53,347 bases of DNA from a candidate division WOR-3 bacterium. GTDB lineage: Bacteria > Hydrothermota > Tepidihabitantia > Tepidihabitantales > Tepidihabitantaceae. Below, piece by piece: positions 46,485 to 53,347 of this stretch. The stretch is taken from positions 3,053 through 56,399 of the forward strand of contig CBFGJV010000018.1 of assembly GCA_965649205.1 (NCBI GenBank), given 5' to 3'. Under the pieces are notes generated by a model that saw only the letters and a list, made by a program, of their open reading frames with translations, did no database searches and was not told the origin of the DNA. Each line of letters starts with the position of its first letter. The stretch's first letter is position 1. A program made the position numbers and the translations under genes.

Positions 46485-47402
46485 ATGCGCGAACCAGAAG
46501 TGCTCATTGTAGGTGCCGGACCGGCCGGTTTAACTGCCGGTATCTACTCTGCTCGCTTTGGCCATACCACACTGCTTCTGGAAAAAGCTTTGCCAGGAGG
46601 ACAAGTAACAAACACATCCGAAGTGGAAAACTATCCGGGATTTGCCGAACCAGTTCCGGCGTGGGAGCTGGCCCAGTATATGGAGAAACAGGCTAAGCGA
46701 TTTGGTTGCGAGTTACAACAGCTGGAAGCGACGGGTTTCAAAATATCTTCTGAGGGGTTCTCCGTAACGACTACCGGTCCAATTTTCCGTCCCGGTGCCC
46801 TCATTATTGCAACTGGCGTCCAGCCTCGCGAGTTAGGCGTGGAGGGCGAGAAAAGACTGCGAGGACGAGGTGTTTCGTATTGCGCCATCTGCGACGGCCC
46901 ACTCTTTCGCAACAAGGAAGTCGCCGTAGTTGGCGGAGGCGATTCAGCCTTGGACGAAGCTTACTATCTTTCCACCATCTGTTCCAAAGTGTACCTCATC
47001 CATCGCCGCGACCAATTCCGCGCCTGTATCCACTCACAGCAACGACTGCGCAGTAGAAACAACGTGGAATTTGTGCTGTCCAGTGTTGTCCGAACTCTAA
47101 AAGGCAACTCTTATCTGGAGGCGATTGAAGTCGAAAATGTGATAAGTGGTTATCGTACTGAACTACACGTATCCGGCCTTTTCATCTATATAGGTTCAGT
47201 ACCAAATACGGACTGGTGCGCAGATGCGGTTCCTCTTGACGAAAATGGTTTTGTCAGAACTGACATAGAATTGCGCACCGCTGTTCCCGGGGTTTTTGCC
47301 GCCGGAGATGTACGCGTAACTCCCCTAAGGCAAATAGCTACAGCGGTCGGTGACGGTGCTCTCGCCGCCAAATCTGCGCACGACTATCTTACCCGGAACT
47401 AG
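46485..47402 (+). CDS. trxB: thioredoxin-disulfide reductase
   Basis: GAGPAG, VENYPG, GVSYCAICDG, GGGDSA, FAAGDV...RQIATAVGDG. Confidence 0.95.
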   Translation: MREPEVLIVGAGPAGLTAGIYSARFGHTTLLLEKALPGGQVTNTSEVENYPGFAEPVPAWELAQYMEKQAKRFGCELQQLEATGFKISSEGFSVTTTGPIFRPGALIIATGVQPRELGVEGEKRLRGRGVSYCAICDGPLFRNKEVAVVGGGDSALDEAYYLSTICSKVYLIHRRDQFRACIHSQQRLRSRNNVEFVLSSVVRTLKGNSYLEAIEVENVISGYRTELHVSGLFIYIGSVPNTDWCADAVPLDENGFVRTDIELRTAVPGVFAAGDVRVTPLRQIATAVGDGALAAKSAHDYLTRN

Positions 47403-47433
47403 AAAAGCTCCTCGCCTTACCTCAAGACCAAAC

Positions 47434-48066
47434 TCAGTAACCCCACTGCTCAGTAAGGTATACGCGTCTCCGACAATCCGGGCAAAGGATGCGCATAGTG
47501 CCAGAGCGATAAGGAAGCTCAACCCGATTTCCAGCTGGAAAACCCGGTATAAGATCAACCTCAGTCAGACCCAAGTCTTCGTATCGAACCAGGAAAAGTG
47601 TAGGATTCGCACTAACCAAATCTCCGACGCGGCGACTAATCCAAAGCAGATGCGCTTTGGAGGCAAAAGGTTCCCCACAATACTCGCAGTAGGCTAATTC
47701 CTTTTCTACCACGCTGTCCCAATCCGAACTGCGCTCTGTCCGAGAAAGATCAAACTCTGGAGTATGTCTGACACCCTTGCGGGTAGTACAGTATAGCACG
47801 CACTGTCCGCAGTAAATGCAACGTTCAGCGTGATGCACATTACGTAAAACCCCCTTCTGTCGATCTACCACCATTTCGCGTGCATTGGTGGGGCAGACCC
47901 GTACGCATGCACCACAGCATATGCATTGATTCTCATCAAATTTAAGGACGCCCCGGAAGTTCGGGTGAACCGAATCTACCTTCTTGGGAAACTCGGTCGT
48001 ATATGGTCCGGCAAAAAGCGCACGTAGCGCCTCGCCCAACTCACGCAGTTTAGGTAACGGTATCAT
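47434..48066 (-). CDS. 2x[4Fe-4S] ferredoxin subunit, NuoI/HycF/MbxN-like, with extra C-terminal Cys pairs
   Basis: GPYTTEFP...FRG, CICCGACVRVCP, CIYCGQCVLYC, plus CEYC and CPDC. Confidence 0.88.
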   Translation of the reverse strand: MIPLPKLRELGEALRALFAGPYTTEFPKKVDSVHPNFRGVLKFDENQCICCGACVRVCPTNAREMVVDRQKGVLRNVHHAERCIYCGQCVLYCTTRKGVRHTPEFDLSRTERSSDWDSVVEKELAYCEYCGEPFASKAHLLWISRRVGDLVSANPTLFLVRYEDLGLTEVDLIPGFPAGNRVELPYRSGTMRILCPDCRRRVYLTEQWGY

Positions 48067-48419
48067 TCTTCCTCGCTCTCAATAATACTCTGTCCACCTC
48101 TATCCTGGGTAAACTCGTCCTTTATCGTCTTCTTCCACAGTTTAACCCCGAAGATGAGGGAACCCCGAGATAAAGCGTGAGATGCCACCGGCAAGTTAAT
48201 CAGTACAAAAGCGACACAAATAAGCGCCTTTACACCCAGAGCTGAAAAACCTGACAACAAGAATATACCCAGAAAAATACCGCAGGTGCCCAAAGTAACA
48301 CTCTTAGTCGCTGCCTGCATTCGGTTGTACAAATCAGGGAATCGAACTAGCCCTAAACAGCCAAGTCCATTGAAAAGCACCCCCAAGATAATGAATATCC
48401 AGCCCAACACGCTAATCAT
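48063..48419 (-). CDS. mnhG: Mrp/Mnh antiporter subunit G
   Basis: GLVRFPDLYNRMQAATKSVTLG, PVASHAL. Confidence 0.92.
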   Translation of the reverse strand: MISVLGWIFIILGVLFNGLGCLGLVRFPDLYNRMQAATKSVTLGTCGIFLGIFLLSGFSALGVKALICVAFVLINLPVASHALSRGSLIFGVKLWKKTIKDEFTQDRGGQSIIESEEE

Positions 48420-48666
48420 CCAAACTCCTCCCCTCTAGATACTTGGCCAAGGCCAAAGTAGCCACAAAGGCAACGACCGCGAGGGCGATGGAAAGGTCAA
48501 TAAGATAATCCAACCGATAGCGCAGAGCCATCAAGGCAGTGATGCAGGAAAAAATCACCGCCATGATATCTACGGCTATTGCTCTGTCGGGAATACTGGG
48601 GCCGCGCAACGCCCTGTACAAACAGAAGAAGGCGCCTAGAATCAACAGAATAAGTAGAATAGTCAT
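48412..48666 (-). CDS. mnhF: Mrp/Mnh antiporter subunit F
   Basis: YRALRGPSIPDRAIAVD, FVATLALAKYL. Confidence 0.92.
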   Translation of the reverse strand: MTILLILLILGAFFCLYRALRGPSIPDRAIAVDIMAVIFSCITALMALRYRLDYLIDLSIALAVVAFVATLALAKYLEGRSLDD

Positions 48667-48674
48667 GGTTCTTT

Positions 48675-49169
48675 TCAGTCGAATATACGTGCCAGCAGTT
48701 TCTCAAATGGACCTTTTATTATCTTGCCTGCGAGCTGCGGATCATCTGTCTTCACATCAATCCAGTGAATATATAGAACATCGTCCTGTATCTCCACTGT
48801 CATGGTCCCTGGTGTCATCGTGATAGAATTGGCTAGAAAGGCACGGGCAATTTCCGACTTCAGAGTTGTACGGATTTTGACAATACCGGGCCGCAGCATA
48901 AGTCCTGGAGAAAGCACCCGCATGGCAACATCTATGTTCGCCTTGAAACACTCCCAGGCAAAAACTGGAATGTAAACCAGAACCCAGAACCAGCGCACTG
49001 GGTTCAAGAGTCGAGCAGGTCTTATCGGTAACTCGCTACCAAACCATAGGGCCGCAATCAACCCGAACACAACCCCACTCACAATCGTCGCCAGTCCCAC
49101 ATCCCAAGACAACAACAACCAGACAGCTAGAGCGACAAACCAGTAAGTAATAATTCTAGCTATCCTCAT
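48675..49169 (-). CDS. mnhE: Mrp/Mnh antiporter subunit E
   Basis: KANIDVA, PGIVKI, LANSITMTPGT, LYIHWI. Confidence 0.93.
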   Translation of the reverse strand: MRIARIITYWFVALAVWLLLSWDVGLATIVSGVVFGLIAALWFGSELPIRPARLLNPVRWFWVLVYIPVFAWECFKANIDVAMRVLSPGLMLRPGIVKIRTTLKSEIARAFLANSITMTPGTMTVEIQDDVLYIHWIDVKTDDPQLAGKIIKGPFEKLLARIFD

Positions 49170-49178
49170 CGTCTTCCT

Positions 49179-50684
49179 CTAACCTCCCAGCACCAGTTTT
49201 GCATAACCCAGACCGTGGAACAGCACAGAAGCCGCCGGAGAAACCACCCAGTCCAGAAGCGGCTTGAACCCAATACCGAAGGCAATGGCCAACACCACAA
49301 GTATTACCAGCGCCAAAAGTATGAGCCGTGGGGACTCCCTGGTTGGAACTATTTCTTCCCCTGTTGGCCGGGCAAAGGCTCTGTTTACCACTTTCAGCAA
49401 ATATCCGAGTGTAACCACCGAGAACAACGCCGCCAGAATTGCCATCCAATACAGTCTGGCCGCAACTGCACCAAGAATAATGAACAATTTTGAGAAGAAA
49501 CCAGCAAATGGCGGTATCCCGGAAAGAGATAGGGCACCGACTATGTAGGACCAGGTTGTGACTGGCATCGCCTTTTCCAATCTGGACAATTTCTTGGTTT
49601 CCCTTGTGCCAGTCTGAAGTTCAATAGAGCGGGAAGCAAGAAACAGAAGGCCCTTAGCCAATGCGTGGCTCATAACATGGAACAAGGCACCTACTACACC
49701 CCAATAGTTTCCGATACCGAGGCCCAAAAGTATGTAACCAACTTGGCTGATAGAAGAGTATGCCAGCAGTCGCTTGTAGTTTGTCTGCGTGAGTGCCAGC
49801 AAGGCTCCCACGATTATGGAAACTACGCCAAATCCAACAAGCATATTGAACAATCCGGGGGAACTGATCCGGTTGAGGCCAAAAACGTTAAACACAACCC
49901 GAGCCATGGCATATACTCCTACCACCTTACTGAAAACCCCAGACAGAACAGCAGCCACCGGGGCAGGAGCAGACAAATATGCGTCTGGCATCCAGGAATG
50001 AAACGGCACCATCGCCATCTTTATGGCAAACCCCACAAGTAAAGTGGTCAGGACAAACCAGAAAAAGGTAGTTCTGGGTAATTCGGCAAGAGTACGTGAC
50101 ATATCAGCCATATTGAGCGTGGAAGTCCGAGCATAAAGCAAAGCTATGGAGAAAAGAATCAGCAGACTGCCGACTTCGGCCATCACCATATACTTGAACC
50201 CTGCCTCGACTTCACCTGCCCCAGTACCAAAGGCCACCAAAGCATACGACGAAAGCGCCGCAATTTCGATAAACACAAACATATTGAACATATCACCCGA
50301 AATAGCAACGCCATTCATACCCGCCAACATCAGCATGAATAGAGTGTAGTACTTCCATCTGCCAGTAAACTGGTCAAGATAACGCAGGGAAAAAAGCAAC
50401 GCCGGAAATCCCACCAAATTGGCTACCAAAACCACCAGCGCGGTCAAAGAGTCATAAACCAACACAATTCCGAAAGGCGGAATCCAATTTCCAAGCCTGT
50501 ACACCACCCCAGGCGTACCACTGCCCAGCAGGACAAGACCATATACTGACAGAGCAACAAGACAGGCGCCTACCAAGTTGGCAATAAGATCGCCAAAACC
50601 TTTCCACAAACGGGACAGAAGCGGAATCAGGAACGCGCCGGCTAACGGTAGTATGACGAACAGTGGTACAAATCGTTCCTGCAT
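49179..50684 (-). CDS. mnhD: Mrp/Mnh antiporter subunit D (MbhH/MbxH-like)
   Basis: DMFNMFVFIEI, EAGFKY, KMAMVPFHSWMPDAY, KRLLAYSSISQVGY, GIPPFAGFFSK. Confidence 0.9.
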   Translation of the reverse strand: MQERFVPLFVILPLAGAFLIPLLSRLWKGFGDLIANLVGACLVALSVYGLVLLGSGTPGVVYRLGNWIPPFGIVLVYDSLTALVVLVANLVGFPALLFSLRYLDQFTGRWKYYTLFMLMLAGMNGVAISGDMFNMFVFIEIAALSSYALVAFGTGAGEVEAGFKYMVMAEVGSLLILFSIALLYARTSTLNMADMSRTLAELPRTTFFWFVLTTLLVGFAIKMAMVPFHSWMPDAYLSAPAPVAAVLSGVFSKVVGVYAMARVVFNVFGLNRISSPGLFNMLVGFGVVSIIVGALLALTQTNYKRLLAYSSISQVGYILLGLGIGNYWGVVGALFHVMSHALAKGLLFLASRSIELQTGTRETKKLSRLEKAMPVTTWSYIVGALSLSGIPPFAGFFSKLFIILGAVAARLYWMAILAALFSVVTLGYLLKVVNRAFARPTGEEIVPTRESPRLILLALVILVVLAIAFGIGFKPLLDWVVSPAASVLFHGLGYAKLVLGG

Positions 50685-50686
50685 AC

Positions 50687-51025
50687 CTATCCTCTGAGCC
50701 TGCGGATTTCAGTTATATCGAATGTGTGGTATTTCTCGTAAATGCGCATAGCCAGGGCTAACATGAGAGCGGTCGTAGCCAAACCAATAACAATGGCAGT
50801 AAGCACTAAAGCCTGTGGTATCGGGTCCACGAAGTTACGAACTGCTCCCAGCCGGGTCACTATGGGGGCAATCGCTCCTTGCTTGAATCCAATCAGAGCA
50901 AAGAACAGATTGATAGCATACTCCATCAGGCTGAATCCTATTATCATTTTTATCAAGTTACGCTTGAGTACTACTGCGTAAAGCCCGATGAGGAACAGAA
51001 GCACACAAGCCAAATAAGGAATCAT
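50687..51025 (-). CDS. mnhC: Mrp/Mnh antiporter subunit C
   Basis: KRNLIKMIIG, VDPIPQALVLTAIVIG; start ATG 51025. Confidence 0.92.
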   Translation of the reverse strand: MIPYLACVLLFLIGLYAVVLKRNLIKMIIGFSLMEYAINLFFALIGFKQGAIAPIVTRLGAVRNFVDPIPQALVLTAIVIGLATTALMLALAMRIYEKYHTFDITEIRRLRG

Positions 51026-51064
51026 CGATGCCCCTCGGTTCTTTCCTTTGCCCACGTCATCATT

Positions 51065-51550
51065 CTATTCCTCCATTACGAATCGTGACGCGCCCAACGC
51101 CAAGAATATAGCAAACAAACCGGCTCCCACCTTGATACCTATGGCCACGTTTGCCAAAGGAATGATACCGCCACTTACCAGCTGCAACGGCTGCCCGAAA
51201 CCAGCCCACAAATTGTTCAGGAACGAATAGCCTGCCAGGTAACCAGCCAAACCAATGGAGATAAAAGCCAAGCCACCTATACTCTCAAATATGGAGGAGA
51301 ATGTATAACGGTGCTGCTCCACGTTTTCAACAGAGCCGAAAGCAAGAGAAACCAGTATAAAGGACGCAGCAACGATTACCCCCCCAGCAAAACCGCCTCC
51401 GGGGGTAAGATGTCCATGTAGTATTATGTACCACCCGTAGAGAAAAACCATACCAGCCACAAGACGCGCCACCGTCTGAACAATGAGCGACATTCCGCGG
51501 CGGCCCGACCGTTCCTCTTTTGTTAACACCGGTTCTTGTTCTCTATCCAT
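51065..51550 (-). CDS. mnhB: Mrp/Mnh antiporter subunit B (MbhF-like)
   Basis: HGHLTPGGGFAGG, SGGIIPLANVAIGIKV. Confidence 0.9.
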   Translation of the reverse strand: MDREQEPVLTKEERSGRRGMSLIVQTVARLVAGMVFLYGWYIILHGHLTPGGGFAGGVIVAASFILVSLAFGSVENVEQHRYTFSSIFESIGGLAFISIGLAGYLAGYSFLNNLWAGFGQPLQLVSGGIIPLANVAIGIKVGAGLFAIFLALGASRFVMEE

Positions 51551-51553
51551 AGC

Positions 51554-52108
51554 TCAATCAACCTCATCCTCAGTATGGTCCTTGCGGCCGAACCTGCGTA
51601 CTACAGTGAGAACTCCTACGACAGCAGTAAAGAGCACTACTGCCTCTCCTAAAGTATCATAGGCCCGATAATCAAGAATGACGGCAGCAACCACATTAGC
51701 CGCACCGGTCTGCCTCAAAGCGGCTTCCACATATGCAGAAGCAACCTTCATCAAAGGACTGCCAAAAGCTGGTAGCTCACGCAACACCACTGAAAGCAGG
51801 CTGACGAACACTAGCGCAAACAAACCATATATTGCTGCCGGGAAAATCATATCAGCCTTAAACCTCTTGCCCACCGTAGTATCTTCGTGAGTAGTCCTGA
51901 GAATAACTGCGGCAAAAAACACTACGGATAGAATCTCCACCACAATTTGAACGATGGCTAGATCCGGAGCCTGCACAAGAATGAACATCACGGCCACACT
52001 GAACCCTACAAGTCCCATCGCTACCGCTGCGGCCAGAAGGTCTTTGACTTCAATAGCTACCACTGCCGCCGCAAGCATAGCCACCAAAAGAACATACAGC
52101 TCTACCAT
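51554..52108 (-). CDS. DUF4040/MbhD plus MbhE-like subunit (equivalent to the C-terminal part of MrpA)
   Basis: QAPDLAIVQ, then NVVAAVILDYRAYDTLGE. Confidence 0.88.
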   Translation of the reverse strand: MVELYVLLVAMLAAAVVAIEVKDLLAAAVAMGLVGFSVAVMFILVQAPDLAIVQIVVEILSVVFFAAVILRTTHEDTTVGKRFKADMIFPAAIYGLFALVFVSLLSVVLRELPAFGSPLMKVASAYVEAALRQTGAANVVAAVILDYRAYDTLGEAVVLFTAVVGVLTVVRRFGRKDHTEDEVD

Positions 52109-52112
52109 TGGC

Positions 52113-53347
52113 TTACCTCAAAAGCATCATAGTATAGAAAAGCACTGCTCCCAAAAGCACCAGGGCCAAGTATACCGGCAACTCTCCCAACATCAACCGA
52201 CCCAGCCCGGCCCCGGTCCATTCTAGTAGTGCGGCTACGTATATGTAGAATAGTTCCAAAGCTTGGTCTACCGCTCGACGAAGAACAGCTCCCAGGGCAG
52301 TAAACAGGCCACAAATCCAGTTATAGAAATCAAAAGCCCCCGCTTCACCGAATCGTATAAGGTCGCCAAGCACAGGCAGTTCTTTGACTGAGGAATAGAA
52401 AGCCGTACCCGGTATCCTGCCCGGCTCATCCTCAGCTATTTCCTCCCCACCTACAAAGGTCTGGCCAGTTACCGGCTTTCTGGCGGTACCAACTAGATAA
52501 ACCACTGTTCCTACGCCTAGTCCAATCAGGATAAGCACAGTAGTAAGAACCGGTTGCCATATGCCCAGGGGCTGAACTCCAAACGGCAAAGCCGGATATA
52601 TCAAACCACGCAAGGGCAGCTGATTAGAAAACACACCGAATACAATACACAAGATTGCCAGCACAACTGTAGGCAACCACATCGTAAAACTACCCTCTCT
52701 CACCCTTGCCAAGGCAGCAGGCCTCTGCCCCAGGAAAATCGCATGAAGCAACTTCAGGAAGGAAGCCAGAGTAAGCACACTGCCTAACATGGCAGCCACA
52801 AGAAAAGCCGGATATAACCTGTGTCCCTCGCGCGCCAGGTCTATGATGCCCTGATAAACCATCCACTTGGAAACAAAACCATTTAGAGGCGGCACACCTG
52901 CAATCGCAAGGGCACAAATAAGAAAGGAGAAAAATGTCAAGGGCATCTGTCTGGCCAGTCCGCCCAGTTTTTCTATCTCGTCACTCTTAGTCCAGTATTC
53001 TACTGTACCAGCTGCCAGGAAAAGACCCGACTTATAGATAGCATTGTTGAGCATATGGAAAAGCCCCCCCGCAATACCAAGCGGAGTACCCGTGCCGATA
53101 CCCAGTACCATGTAACCCACCTGAGATACGGCGTGGAAGGAAAGAAGTCGCATCACGCGTTTCTGCACTAACGCCATCATCACCGCTGCCAATATGGTTA
53201 TGGCCCCTATAGACATCATAACGTTCCGTATCACCATATTAGAAGCGATATTGAACACGTACACCGACAAGCGAGTCAAAAGGTAAATACCCAGTAGTTT
53301 GTCAATCGAGGCCGGGATATACGCCATCACGGTTGCAGGAGAACTTT
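52113..53347 (-). CDS. antiporter-like subunit (MrpA N-terminal part / NuoL-like), partial: 5' end beyond the window
   Basis: Frame open to the window edge; RLLSFHAVSQVGY, GLFHMLNNAIYK, GVPPLNGFVSKW; long C-terminal extension with TFVGGE. Confidence 0.88.
   Translation of the reverse strand, partial: SSPATVMAYIPASIDKLLGIYLLTRLSVYVFNIASNMVIRNVMMSIGAITILAAVMMALVQKRVMRLLSFHAVSQVGYMVLGIGTGTPLGIAGGLFHMLNNAIYKSGLFLAAGTVEYWTKSDEIEKLGGLARQMPLTFFSFLICALAIAGVPPLNGFVSKWMVYQGIIDLAREGHRLYPAFLVAAMLGSVLTLASFLKLLHAIFLGQRPAALARVREGSFTMWLPTVVLAILCIVFGVFSNQLPLRGLIYPALPFGVQPLGIWQPVLTTVLILIGLGVGTVVYLVGTARKPVTGQTFVGGEEIAEDEPGRIPGTAFYSSVKELPVLGDLIRFGEAGAFDFYNWICGLFTALGAVLRRAVDQALELFYIYVAALLEWTGAGLGRLMLGELPVYLALVLLGAVLFYTMMLLR

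Overview
Densely coding, mostly housekeeping chromosomal window from a diderm bacterium (bamD and an outer-membrane barrel are present). The secreted-protein repeats and C-terminal sorting-like domains suggest candidate phylum WOR-3 or another FCB-related lineage; this is inference, not a database result. Left to right: rpmF-plsX followed by a lipoprotein and a beta-barrel; a K+-dependent membrane pyrophosphatase with the dual Na+,H+ signature; a PurS-fused purL; hpf-hprK-EIIA; a TPR gene, an orphan solute-binding protein, a large (Alu-containing) SRP RNA, dnaX and recR; livHMGF with a DUF2723 glycosyltransferase and an MFS permease; divIVA-punA-bamD-nadD-yajC-def-fmt-PASTA-rpe-ffh; xerC embedded among three large secreted modular proteins with T9SS/FlgD-Ig-like C-termini (Kelch plus 12 Ig/FN3 repeats; Asp-box propeller mosaic; papain-like Cys protease); a queuosine-precursor transporter with an archaeal-type AspRS; argF-trxB; and a Mrp/Mbx-like antiporter module ending in a NuoI-like ferredoxin, cut by the right edge. 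I saw no CRISPR array, tRNA, rRNA, transposase, phage gene or recognisable defence system. The best leads are: a possible Bacteroidetes-like D-(S/T) protein O-glycosylation system (motif-rich exported proteins plus a GT117/DUF2723 gene); a T9SS-like cargo cluster in which two promoters share a palindromic layout; several apparently leaderless transcripts; the large SRP RNA; and the Mrp-ferredoxin complex. All family calls are by eye from motifs and need HMM confirmation.
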